Positions 20,801 through 29,504 of a DNA stretch of 64,000 nt are shown here, piece by piece. The translations under genes and the position numbers were made by a program. The stretch's first letter is position 1; the number at the start of each line of letters is the position of its first letter. The notes below the pieces were generated by a model. That model was not told where the DNA came from and ran no database searches. It saw only the letters and a program-made list of their open reading frames with translations. Location of the stretch: positions 248,001 through 312,000 of the IMG/VR virus record IMGVR_UViG_3300028394_002328. The stretch is one strand, 5' to 3'.

Positions 20801-21294
20801 GATTCTTTGGCTATCGCCATCTCCAAAATTTGTTCAATCATTTTATTCAAAGTGATATCACGCTTATGCGCTTCCATACACAATTGTAGCATAGTATCAT
20901 CATCTAAGTCAAGAGGAACTGTCACTCGGTTATCAAAACTTAGCCCATTGAATATAGCATAAGCCTTTTCAAGCCAATCATCCGCAACTTCTAAATCACA
21001 CCAATTGGTATCATCCCAAGCATTATTAGGGTCAACTTTTTTATCGGCTGATTCAGCATAGTATGCGTCTTTATATTCAGGATTAAGCCAACGATATGGT
21101 GTTAGCTTTTCGTCCTTAGCATTGACTGATGCTTCATATACCACTTGCGTTTTTGAATCAAATAACACACTAGCATGAGCATGGTCTGATTCATAATCCA
21201 AATACCTTGCGTTAGATCCATAGCACTGCCAATGATACTCACTACCACCGGTAATGCGGTTGTCTAATGCTTCGTTTATTTCACCTAGGTGCAT
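20797..21294 (-). CDS. hypothetical protein
   Basis: ORF with SD. Confidence 0.7.
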   Translation of the reverse strand: MHLGEINEALDNRITGGSEYHWQCYGSNARYLDYESDHAHASVLFDSKTQVVYEASVNAKDEKLTPYRWLNPEYKDAYYAESADKKVDPNNAWDDTNWCDLEVADDWLEKAYAIFNGLSFDNRVTVPLDLDDDTMLQLCMEAHKRDITLNKMIEQILEMAIAKES

Positions 21295-21296
21295 AA

Positions 21297-21431
21297 TTAA
21301 TCCTTTCCTTTATGTTCGGGTTGTTCAACTTTAGTTTCAAATTTAGGTTCAATATATTTGTCCCATACCTTCTGTCCACTGTTCCATCCAAATACTGAGA
21401 AAAATCCAAATATTAGTGCGCTCCAAATCAT
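21297..21431 (-). CDS. small membrane peptide (not in ORF track)
   Basis: MIWSALIFGFFSVFGWNSGQKVWDKYIEPKFETKVEQPEHKGKD. Confidence 0.5.
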   Translation of the reverse strand: MIWSALIFGFFSVFGWNSGQKVWDKYIEPKFETKVEQPEHKGKD

Positions 21432-21510
21432 TTAATATCCCCAAGAAAGTATACCACCAGTACCAGCCCAATAGTAATTATCACAACCAATTAATTGGAC
21501 CGAATAAAAT

Positions 21511-21912
21511 TCATTCATGTTTTACCTCTTTAGCAATTTGTTTGTAACCTGCCCAACTAGGGTGAATTTTATCTGGTTGTAGGCGAGTGATTGGCACTAC
21601 AGTATCACCGTATAAGGCAGCTATCATTTTGACTATGCGTTGAATGTCTGGCTTGATTGCGGGCAATATCCAAAACACGCGGCCTGCTTGAACTTTTTCT
21701 CTTAAGCGTTCTAGTTCTTCTTGTGTTTTGATGCCTTTATGATCATTACTACCCAAACTGATAATCACCGTGTTGGCGGTGAGATCGTATTTTAAGTAGT
21801 CTCTATTCCATTGTGTAGTATTCCAACCGCCTTTACTCAATGACTCGCATGGCGCTACATGATGATATAGCCCTACTGCTATACTATCACCTAATACCAA
21901 ACAGTCAATCAT
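21511..21912 (-). CDS. SGNH/GDSL hydrolase-like protein
   Basis: LGDSIA, LGSND, DKIHP. Confidence 0.75.
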   Translation of the reverse strand: MIDCLVLGDSIAVGLYHHVAPCESLSKGGWNTTQWNRDYLKYDLTANTVIISLGSNDHKGIKTQEELERLREKVQAGRVFWILPAIKPDIQRIVKMIAALYGDTVVPITRLQPDKIHPSWAGYKQIAKEVKHE

Positions 21913-22246
21913 GCGTAGTTCCAAATGTATTCAACGCTGGATTCAACTGTTTAATCAATTCTGTTTCACGGGCATGGGCTGGGCCCTTACCACGAATCGT
22001 TTCTAAATGACCAAACACAAACGATTCAGGACCATATTCACGCAGTGCGCGGCACAGACCCCAAGTCTTGTTTTCTGCCATAGCCCGTTGTAGATGCTTC
22101 TGCATACGACGGGTAAGAGTGCGCCTGACGTTTCCGTTGTAGCACAGTGCAGTCAGACCAATGTACTGTTCTCCAGTACTAGTGTTCTGAATCATATAGA
22201 TCAGATGATTACGATCTGTTCGGCGCTTGCGTGTTGTTGTCATCAT
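21905..22246 (-). CDS. GIY-YIG nuclease-family protein
   Basis: IYMIQNTSTGEQYIGLT...R...E...LN. Confidence 0.8.
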   Translation of the reverse strand: MMTTTRKRRTDRNHLIYMIQNTSTGEQYIGLTALCYNGNVRRTLTRRMQKHLQRAMAENKTWGLCRALREYGPESFVFGHLETIRGKGPAHARETELIKQLNPALNTFGTTHD

Positions 22247-22252
22247 GTATAT

Positions 22253-22281
22253 ATTATAGCAAACCGCCCATTTATTGTCAA
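22253..22281 (-). promoter_or_regulatory. sigma70-type early promoter
   Basis: TTGACAATAAAT...TATAAT, 17 nt spacer. Confidence 0.9.
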
Positions 22282-22309
22282 GTGTTGTTTTATACAACAC
22301 TTTCCCACT

Positions 22310-22510
22310 CTATTTGACTTTTTTCAGGTACTCTCTGCCTATTAGGCCTTGTTCAATTTCTTGCAATGCGGTAATAGCAGTTAGATTAGTTGTTTCAACT
22401 TTAGGTTTATAACCACGCTTTAATTCTCTTTGTCTTACAGCCGCAATTAAAATTAAATCATAACAATTACCAATTGCTTTAATAGCTTTTTCAGAACTAA
22501 TTCTAGGCAT
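22310..22510 (-). CDS. rpoZ: RNA polymerase omega subunit
   Basis: MPRISSE...GNCYDLILIAAVRQRELKRG...ALQEIEQG. Confidence 0.85.
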   Translation of the reverse strand: MPRISSEKAIKAIGNCYDLILIAAVRQRELKRGYKPKVETTNLTAITALQEIEQGLIGREYLKKVK

Positions 22511-22526
22511 ATAATTTCCTTTTGCT

Positions 22527-22979
22527 TTATTTATTAAAAACTTTTTGTATTTTAATACCACATTTATTTAAAAAATATACCCCATCTTCAGATCGGTAAT
22601 CTTCTCCGTAATAGACTTCAGATATACCTGCTTGATATATTCCTTTCGCACATTCTAAACACGGAGCATGAGTTACAAATAAAGATGCTTTATTACCTGA
22701 TCCATTAGTTTTTGCTAATTTCATTAATGCATTCATTTCAGCATGTAATACTTCAGGTCTAGTTTTTAGTGTACAAGTATTATCTAATTCTTCACAAGGT
22801 GAAACAGGTATTTCATCTTCGCAATTGTTATCCCAGCCAGCAGGCGTACCGTTATAACCATAACTGATAACACAATCATCTTTTACGATAACTGCACCAA
22901 CTTGTAGCCTACGGGCATAACTTAATTGGGCAACTCGGGTAGCCCAATCCATATATAGATTAATAAATTTTTGTTTCAT
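22527..22979 (-). CDS. dCMP deaminase
   Basis: GYNGTP, HAEMNAL, PCLEC. Confidence 0.92.
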   Translation of the reverse strand: MKQKFINLYMDWATRVAQLSYARRLQVGAVIVKDDCVISYGYNGTPAGWDNNCEDEIPVSPCEELDNTCTLKTRPEVLHAEMNALMKLAKTNGSGNKASLFVTHAPCLECAKGIYQAGISEVYYGEDYRSEDGVYFLNKCGIKIQKVFNK

Positions 22980-22987
22980 TTGATGTT

Positions 22988-23061
22988 TGGAGCGGGTAGC
23001 GAGAATCGAACTCGCAAATAATCCTTGGCAAGGATTCAGGTTACCTTTACATCATACCCGC
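22988..23061 (-). tRNA. tRNA-Gly (GCC)
   Basis: Cloverleaf, anticodon loop TTGCCAA, encoded CCA. Confidence 0.93.
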
Positions 23062-24089
23062 GCTTTCAATGTAGCATTTACTCTACGAACACTGTGACTA
23101 ATACCACAATACTGTGTACACTTTGACATGACATTCCTTAAGTTATCGGTGCCATACCAAAATCTTTTCAAGTCACCGTATCTCTTTATTTTAAACCCAG
23201 GGAACTTATGTGAGAAGCATAAACGGGCAATCCCGTCCATATCTACCATAATATTTCTGTCGAAGGAATTACAAATCAATTTTTCAGTACCTCGACCATT
23301 CCACCCAATAACCGCATCGTTGTTTTTGTGAACACTACGATGGTACATCTCAACTGTTTCAATCCATTCAGGATCTAAACTTAGATTATACTTTTCATTA
23401 CAAGCATTTAGTATTTTAAACAACCCTTCATGATCCCTAATGACATTGTTATCATAAAACTTGTCATCTCGCTGTTTGCCTTCTTTATCTAATAGTGTAC
23501 CAAACATTGGTTGAAGCCAATTTAATTTTAACTTATCTGCTTTAAGGTCATTCAATACAAAGTCATAAAACTTATCTAAATCTCTGTAATTTTGCTCGCA
23601 CATTATAGACATTGCGTATACAGGATTAGATTTGTTTAATTCTTTTCTCGCTTGAAGTAATAGACGAATAGCATTAACAGCCATGTCAAATGATCCTACC
23701 ATGCCTCTAGTTGAATCATGTACTTCAGGTATGTAACTGTTTAGTGATATAGTAATCTCAGTTGGACCTTCAACGATTAACTTTTTAGCCATTGACAAAT
23801 CAGTAACCATTGTACCGTTCATCACTGATAAACATCTTAGTCCTAATTGGCGACAATATCTAGTAATTGGCCAATATCTTTCAGGATTCATTAATGCTTC
23901 ACCGCCACATATTACTACTGCACCATGTGGATTTAATTCATGAAATTCCTGAATAATATTCCCGCGTTCTTCTATAGTGATATGAGTAGGTAATACAACT
24001 TCTTCCCTAGTCCAATACATGCAGGTTTTACATTTTAGATTACATTGTAAGTTAGTATCTAAGAATAGAAATTTTGGCGGGTGATTCAT
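23052..24089 (-). CDS. radical SAM enzyme with C-terminal Cys (twitch/SPASM-like) domain
   Basis: CNLKCKTC, CGGE. Confidence 0.88.
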   Translation of the reverse strand: MNHPPKFLFLDTNLQCNLKCKTCMYWTREEVVLPTHITIEERGNIIQEFHELNPHGAVVICGGEALMNPERYWPITRYCRQLGLRCLSVMNGTMVTDLSMAKKLIVEGPTEITISLNSYIPEVHDSTRGMVGSFDMAVNAIRLLLQARKELNKSNPVYAMSIMCEQNYRDLDKFYDFVLNDLKADKLKLNWLQPMFGTLLDKEGKQRDDKFYDNNVIRDHEGLFKILNACNEKYNLSLDPEWIETVEMYHRSVHKNNDAVIGWNGRGTEKLICNSFDRNIMVDMDGIARLCFSHKFPGFKIKRYGDLKRFWYGTDNLRNVMSKCTQYCGISHSVRRVNATLKARV

Positions 24090-24097
24090 TAGTCTAT

Positions 24098-24766
24098 TTA
24101 TGCAGGTTTATGCCCACTACTGTCAGCACCTGTTAATATCCAAGATTTTTCATGTCCTATTTGTATTGTAGGATCTCCCCATATAGTATAACCTAATTTT
24201 TTTACCCTATGACAAAATCCTGTATCTTCTGATAAAAAGGTTTCTCTTTCACTATCAGAAAATACTAGAGGTTTGAACCACGGGAATGTCAATGATTCAA
24301 ATACACCCTTTTGAACACCCATGAATCCCATGCCAGTTGCTAATAATTCAATTCGCTCGCCATTAACATCGACCTCATTCCTAGGCATCCAATTCATTGT
24401 GTTTTTTTCTTTACCTTCAACTGCCTGTGCGTATATTTTATTATTATATTGAATATAAAATCCAGTTACAATTTTATGTTCGGGGTTACTAATTAATTTT
24501 TCTAAATCTTTAGGTGTCCAAACGCTATCACTATCAATCCAAACAATCCAATCGTATTTTACTTTTCCATTAAATGGCTTGAAATCTTTAGGAGGATATC
24601 CTGTTCCACCTAATAACCAATTACGGCAATTATAAATTACAGGTGTATAAGTAGTGCTAACATTAAATGCTATACCTTCTTTGTTTAACCAAGTAACGGT
24701 ATTAGTCCAACATGTCACCCACGTTCTACTAAATGACATTCCAGGAAAACAAAATACTATATTCAT
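24098..24766 (-). CDS. GT-A fold glycosyltransferase
   Basis: WIDSD, GMGFM, SEDTGFC, GHEK. Confidence 0.75.
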   Translation of the reverse strand: MNIVFCFPGMSFSRTWVTCWTNTVTWLNKEGIAFNVSTTYTPVIYNCRNWLLGGTGYPPKDFKPFNGKVKYDWIVWIDSDSVWTPKDLEKLISNPEHKIVTGFYIQYNNKIYAQAVEGKEKNTMNWMPRNEVDVNGERIELLATGMGFMGVQKGVFESLTFPWFKPLVFSDSERETFLSEDTGFCHRVKKLGYTIWGDPTIQIGHEKSWILTGADSSGHKPA

Positions 24767-24780
24767 AATTATTATTAATT

Positions 24781-24855
24781 TGGTGCCTCGTGACAGGGTC
24801 GAACTGCCGACATTCGCCGTGTAAAGGCGCTACTCTACCACTGAGTTAACGAGGC
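24781..24855 (-). tRNA. tRNA-Val (TAC)
   Basis: Cloverleaf, CCA. Confidence 0.93.
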
Positions 24856-24865
24856 TTTTTTACTT

Positions 24866-24994
24866 TTAACCTTGACCTCTATATTTTTTAAAACTTCTTT
24901 TTTCTGTTTTATTTAGAGTGCTAGTCTTAACCTTTCCACCTTGACTAGTTCGTTTAACAACCGATTTTGTAGTACCCTCAGATGCCTTAGCCAT
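24866..24994 (-). CDS. small basic peptide ending KKYRGQG (not in ORF track)
   Basis: MAKASEGTTKSVVKRTSQGGKVKTSTLNKTEKRSFKKYRGQG; AAGGA SD. Confidence 0.75.
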   Translation of the reverse strand: MAKASEGTTKSVVKRTSQGGKVKTSTLNKTEKRSFKKYRGQG

Positions 24995-25053
24995 ATAATA
25001 TCCTTTTTAAAAATGTACAGTATTTACTTAGAATACAGATACAGAAAAAAATA

Positions 25054-25491
25054 TTAAGCTAGGTATTCGTAATTGACAGTTTCAGTGTTATTTCTGAAAA
25101 CACTAGCTCCATTTTTTAAATGAAATCTGCGAGCCATTTCAGTTGGTGGACTTAGTGTTACAAAACGACTAATATGAGGTTTATTGGATTTAATATAACT
25201 AACAGCATTTAAAATTAAATCTCTACCAGCACCTGGCTTATAACTCCATATAGTATAGAATATAGCCATGTTAGGATTGCTATCATGATTGAACAATTCG
25301 CTTTCTGTTGTAGGTATTTGGTCTTGATAACTAACACAAGTAATTGCTTTTACTATGTTATTTTCATCTTTCAATACAAAGATATCTCTATTGTTACCTA
25401 TTCTTATAGAATGAGGTATATTGGGGCGAACAGGGTCCTCAGCCAATTTAGTAAACAATTCGTCTTGGTCTGATTTAATCAAGTATAACAT
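25054..25491 (-). CDS. hypothetical protein, possibly GNAT-like
   Basis: Start moved to 25491 because the track start lies inside tRNA-Leu; FYTIWSYKPGAG, TLSP, FHLKNGA. Confidence 0.65.
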   Translation of the reverse strand: MLYLIKSDQDELFTKLAEDPVRPNIPHSIRIGNNRDIFVLKDENNIVKAITCVSYQDQIPTTESELFNHDSNPNMAIFYTIWSYKPGAGRDLILNAVSYIKSNKPHISRFVTLSPPTEMARRFHLKNGASVFRNNTETVNYEYLA

Positions 25492-25529
25492 ATTGCTATT
25501 TATTATATGTAGATATAAAAGATATATTT

Positions 25530-25613
25530 TGGTGCCCCAGGTCGGACTCGAACCGACACGCATTTCTGCACTGGCTTCTAAGACCAGCATGGCTACCGTT
25601 ACATCACCGGGGC
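25530..25613 (-). tRNA. tRNA-Leu (TAG)
   Basis: Long variable arm, CCA. Confidence 0.92.
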
Positions 25614-25622
25614 TAATATAAT

Positions 25623-25696
25623 TGGAGCGGGTAGAGGGAATCGAACCCTCGTATGCAGCTTGGAAGGCTGCCGTTCTACCATTGAACTACACCCGC
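25623..25696 (-). tRNA. tRNA-Gly (TCC)
   Basis: Cloverleaf, CCA. Confidence 0.95.
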
Positions 25697-25701
25697 ACTG
25701 T

Positions 25702-25791
25702 TGGTGGAAGCGGTGAGATTCGAACTCACGGACCCCTTTCAGGGCCTTTAGTTTTCAAGACTAACGCAATCGGCCTCTCTGCCACGCTTCC
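25702..25791 (-). tRNA. tRNA-Ser (TGA)
   Basis: Long variable arm, CCA. Confidence 0.93.
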
Positions 25792-25798
25792 CTAATAA

Positions 25799-26050
25799 GG
25801 TGCTCTGCATCCCTCGGCGGTAATTATAGCGCATCAAGCATATGGACCTCAGAACAACAATTAGTTCTTACCACACACCATCACACACGCCCTCCACCCG
25901 CTCTCGACAGGGATCGTTATCGCATTGCCAGCGCCGGTTAGGTTAAACCGCATGTTACCATGTGAAGATATTACTCTTCAGAACCACCCGTACATATCAC
26001 TGTACTTCATATCCTCTGGGTCAGAGTATCCGTTGATTAGACGGAACGTC
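25799..26050 (-). ncRNA. unassigned structured RNA of about 250 nt between two tRNA-Ser genes
   Basis: GC-richer non-coding segment with many hairpins and a long-range helix. Confidence 0.65.
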
Positions 26051-26051
26051 T

Positions 26052-26139
26052 TGGCGGAGAGTATAGGATTCGAACCTATGCACCGATTTCTCAGCGACGG
26101 TTTAGCAAACCGTTGTATTAACCACTCTACCAACTCTCC
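26052..26139 (-). tRNA. tRNA-Ser (GCT)
   Basis: Long variable arm, CCA. Confidence 0.93.
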
Positions 26140-26144
26140 AATCT

Positions 26145-26222
26145 TGGTGCCTCCGGAGGGACTTGAACCCCCAACCAACGGCTTATGAGGCCGCTGCTAC
26201 TAACCGATTGAGCTACAGAGGC
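26145..26222 (-). tRNA. tRNA with CAT anticodon (elongator Met or Ile2)
   Basis: Paired 1-72, so not an initiator; CCA. Confidence 0.88.
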
Positions 26223-26229
26223 ATATACT

Positions 26230-26315
26230 TGGTGCCCGGGGCCGGACTCGAACCGGCACGCCTTGTGAGCGAGAGATTTTAAGTCTCTTGTGTCTACCTA
26301 TTTCACCACCCGGGC
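26230..26315 (-). tRNA. tRNA-Leu (TAA)
   Basis: Long variable arm, CCA. Confidence 0.95.
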
Positions 26316-26357
26316 GTTAATTTTTAAAGAACTTCTAATTTCTCAGTGTATGTATAC

Positions 26358-26386
26358 ATTGTACACGACACCTGCATATTTGTCAA
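26358..26386 (-). promoter_or_regulatory. sigma70-type promoter for a tRNA sub-cluster
   Basis: TTGACA-17-TACAAT. Confidence 0.8.
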
Positions 26387-26962
26387 TTATTTTAAGAGAC
26401 TTTCTACCCGATCTAGAACTAGATCCCAATGCTCAGTAAACCTGTGACCACCGTTCTCCAAGATGGTTGTTGTTGCGTAAGGAAAGCCTTCTAGCATAGA
26501 TTCATGGGGGATGACCTCATCATCTTTAGCGACAAACAAACTCACCAAACTAGGGGAATAGATTTCACGGACATGTTTCCGCATACTATCTAGTTTATCT
26601 AAATGTGCTATAGAAACAAGAAATTCTTCACCAGTATAATAGTTTTTGTTTGGTCCTAACTTCTCCTTAAGAGTCTCGCTGGGGGTAGAACTAGGATTAA
26701 CTAACACAGCACAACTGTCATACAAGTGACCGAAATAATTTGCGTAAAATGCTCCTAGACTAGTACCAACGAATACCAATTTTTCGTTTGGTTCTCGGGA
26801 TTTCATAAAGTCACAGACAATACCGTCGACCAACTCACCCACTAGATCGGGGTCAAAGGGCAGATCGGGTGCGATTACCTTATCGTCACCGAACCGTTTT
26901 CTGAGAGCGGTGACCTTATCACTAGTGCCTGAACTCGCAAAACCATGTAAGTAAACTATCAT
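26387..26962 (-). CDS. YqiA/YcfP-family alpha/beta esterase
   Basis: YLHGFASS, GTSLG, DEVI, GGHRF. Confidence 0.88.
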   Translation of the reverse strand: MIVYLHGFASSGTSDKVTALRKRFGDDKVIAPDLPFDPDLVGELVDGIVCDFMKSREPNEKLVFVGTSLGAFYANYFGHLYDSCAVLVNPSSTPSETLKEKLGPNKNYYTGEEFLVSIAHLDKLDSMRKHVREIYSPSLVSLFVAKDDEVIPHESMLEGFPYATTTILENGGHRFTEHWDLVLDRVESLLK

Positions 26963-26993
26963 ATTGACGCCCAAAAGTCACTGTCTGAACTAT

Positions 26994-27022
26994 AGTATAG
27001 CAAACTATAGAATATTTGTCAA
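26994..27022 (-). promoter_or_regulatory. sigma70-type promoter
   Basis: TTGACA-17-TATACT. Confidence 0.8.
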
Positions 27023-27648
27023 ATTTTGGATACGATATTGTCAGGAAGATGCTTTAAATCAAAGCCTAAATTAGATAATTTTTCTTTACCATTTGGACTT
27101 AATTTGACAAATCCAACTATTATCTTTTCATGCGGTTCGCCCTGAATTAATCTAGTATAATGATATCCATCAGGATTTAAATCTAATATCTTTTTACCAG
27201 TTAAAAACTCAGCATATTTATTGTCAATTGGTTTTGCGCCTGCTTTAAGCATTAATTTTTCAGCAGGTCCGCTTACTTCTGCCCATGCTCTTTTTGTTTT
27301 AATGTCATCTTTTTTGAGCATGTTATAATCTTTTAATCCTTGTGCAGTGGCTTTATATTCACCTTCAGGATTAAGTTCTGTTTCAGTAGCACTAGCAATC
27401 ATTTTAAAATTATCCGTATTAGATACTTGTTTATAAACACCTAATGCAGTTATATGATCACCACGGCGAACTACTTTCCAATAACCTAAATCATTTGCTA
27501 ATTCTTCAGCACTATTAGCGCTTTTAAAGCCGCCAATCTTTTTATAACTACGCTGAAGCATATCCCATATCTTATCCGCATACTTCATTTTTTGTTCAGG
27601 AGTATGTAGATTAAGAACCTTTTCAACTAATAATTGATGATAACGCAT
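27019..27648 (-). CDS. hypothetical protein, possible virion-internal protein
   Basis: TAAATA 4 nt upstream; N-terminus MRYHQLLVE. Confidence 0.7.
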   Translation of the reverse strand: MRYHQLLVEKVLNLHTPEQKMKYADKIWDMLQRSYKKIGGFKSANSAEELANDLGYWKVVRRGDHITALGVYKQVSNTDNFKMIASATETELNPEGEYKATAQGLKDYNMLKKDDIKTKRAWAEVSGPAEKLMLKAGAKPIDNKYAEFLTGKKILDLNPDGYHYTRLIQGEPHEKIIVGFVKLSPNGKEKLSNLGFDLKHLPDNIVSKI

Positions 27649-27708
27649 CTAGTATTTATGCAATGCGGCAATATCATATCTACAATGGCGTTGTATAAAT
27701 AACAATAT

Positions 27709-28590
27709 ATGAACAATATTTATTTAGTTACGTTTCCAGGTGGCGGTGGTGGTGATTTTTTATGCTCTCAAATTTCTAAAGACATTAATTTTTATCCATT
27801 AGAATCAAGCATGAATACTGCGACTAATACATGTGAGTTAGAGAATCCATTTTTAAAATGGAATATTGACCTAAAATCTCATCATAAATTTAAGGTTTTA
27901 GAAATTTCTGATGTTATGTTAAAAGAAATAGAATTATATTATAATGAAAAAGATTTAGTAGCACCTACTCATTTTTTCGGTAATCTTAGTGAAATTAAAT
28001 TGCCTAGGCTTAAAGGAGTTCACCTATACACTAAACAATTTTTTCCCCTTTTCTATTTGTTATATTGGATAAAAAGATTGTCTGGCCCGAAGCACTTTAT
28101 AGATAAAGAGACTTTTTTAAGAAAGGTAACAGGTGCTAGTAGCTTACCCAATGATGCATATGCTAAATTCTTTAGAGATAAAATAGCAGATAATATATTG
28201 GCAAATAGAAATTTTGTATATGATTTTGAACTAATAGCCGCAACTAGATTACTTGGTAATGCCATAGATTGCATTGAAAGGTTTTATAGATATTATTGTT
28301 TTATTTTTTCCTTTCCTAATCCTCACACCGTATCTAAAGATTGGATTCCATATAATATAGATAATCTCTATCTAGACCCAGTTAATAACTCAAAAGAATT
28401 TTGTCAACTGTTCAACATGGAAAAACCAATTAATCCCGAAATTATTGCATCATATTATTCCAAAAATTTACAGGTAATCGAAGAAACATTTGGCGAACCA
28501 TATGAAGTTTTTATTCTCGGTGATTGGTTATCAAAATTAAAAAAATGGATTGAACTTAAATGTCCAAATTCATATTCAATTAATTTTTAA
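27709..28590 (+). CDS. P-loop/sulfotransferase-like protein, paralog 1
   Basis: N-terminal FPGGGGGDFL; strong similarity to next gene. Confidence 0.55.
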   Translation: MNNIYLVTFPGGGGGDFLCSQISKDINFYPLESSMNTATNTCELENPFLKWNIDLKSHHKFKVLEISDVMLKEIELYYNEKDLVAPTHFFGNLSEIKLPRLKGVHLYTKQFFPLFYLLYWIKRLSGPKHFIDKETFLRKVTGASSLPNDAYAKFFRDKIADNILANRNFVYDFELIAATRLLGNAIDCIERFYRYYCFIFSFPNPHTVSKDWIPYNIDNLYLDPVNNSKEFCQLFNMEKPINPEIIASYYSKNLQVIEETFGEPYEVFILGDWLSKLKKWIELKCPNSYSINF

Positions 28591-28607
28591 TTTTTATAGG
28601 AAAATCA

Positions 28608-29504
28608 ATGAACAATATCTATTTACTTGCATTTAATGGCGGATCAGGAGGAGATTTTTTATGCTCTCAAATCTCTAAAGATAGTGATTTTTATCCATTA
28701 GAATATAAAATTAATCCTATTACCAATACCTATGATTTAGAAAATCCATTTGCAAAATGGAATTTAAATACAAAAAACCAATTCATGCAAGATTTACTAG
28801 TTACTACCGACAATACATTAGAAAATATAGATTTACATTATAATGAAAAAAATTTAGTAGCACCTATTCATTTTTTTAGTTATTTTAATCAAGCGCATTT
28901 AGATACAATATATAGATTACCTAGACTTAAGATAATTAGAGTATATAGTAATCAATTAACTCCCCTTTTTTATTTATTACTATGGATAAAAAGATGGGTT
29001 CTCATACAAGAGTGTGAAAATAAAGAGATTTTTATTAGAGAACAAATTTCAACGTATACCTCTAAATTCGATATAGCTGCTAGAAATAAAATACTTGATA
29101 GCATATTTGCTAATAGAAATTATTATTATTCATTTGAAATTTTAGCCATGTCAAATTTATTTAATAATTCCACGGATTTTGTTAAGAATTTTTTTTTAAA
29201 AAAATATAATTATTATAATACCTTCGTTCAAAATAACACTGGTAAATGGATTCCATATAATATAGATAATCTCTACTTAGACCCAGTTAATAACTCAGAA
29301 GAATTTTGTCAACTTTTAAATATGGAAAAACCAATCGATCCCGAAATTATTTCAAACTACTACTTTAGAAATTTACAGGTAATCGAAGAAACATTTGGCG
29401 AACCATATGAAGTTTTTATTCTAGGTGATTGGTTATCAAAATTAACAGAATGGGTACAAATTCAGTGCCCAAATGCATATTCAGTCGATTTTAAAATTTT
29501 GTAA
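28608..29504 (+). CDS. P-loop/sulfotransferase-like protein, paralog 2
   Basis: FNGGSGGDFL; near-identical C-terminus to paralog 1. Confidence 0.55.
   Translation: MNNIYLLAFNGGSGGDFLCSQISKDSDFYPLEYKINPITNTYDLENPFAKWNLNTKNQFMQDLLVTTDNTLENIDLHYNEKNLVAPIHFFSYFNQAHLDTIYRLPRLKIIRVYSNQLTPLFYLLLWIKRWVLIQECENKEIFIREQISTYTSKFDIAARNKILDSIFANRNYYYSFEILAMSNLFNNSTDFVKNFFLKKYNYYNTFVQNNTGKWIPYNIDNLYLDPVNNSEEFCQLLNMEKPIDPEIISNYYFRNLQVIEETFGEPYEVFILGDWLSKLTEWVQIQCPNAYSVDFKIL

Noticed and set aside
25799-26050. tmRNA, RNase P RNA, SRP or group I intron identity
   Set aside because: No Ala-type acceptor ends, no GAGGAAAGUCC/CRV, no SRP loop, and it does not interrupt a gene.
25421-26188. Track ORFs overlapping tRNAs (also 32242-33340 and the 5' part of 25054-25590)
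   Set aside because: They translate tRNA or ncRNA sequence and have no protein-like features.
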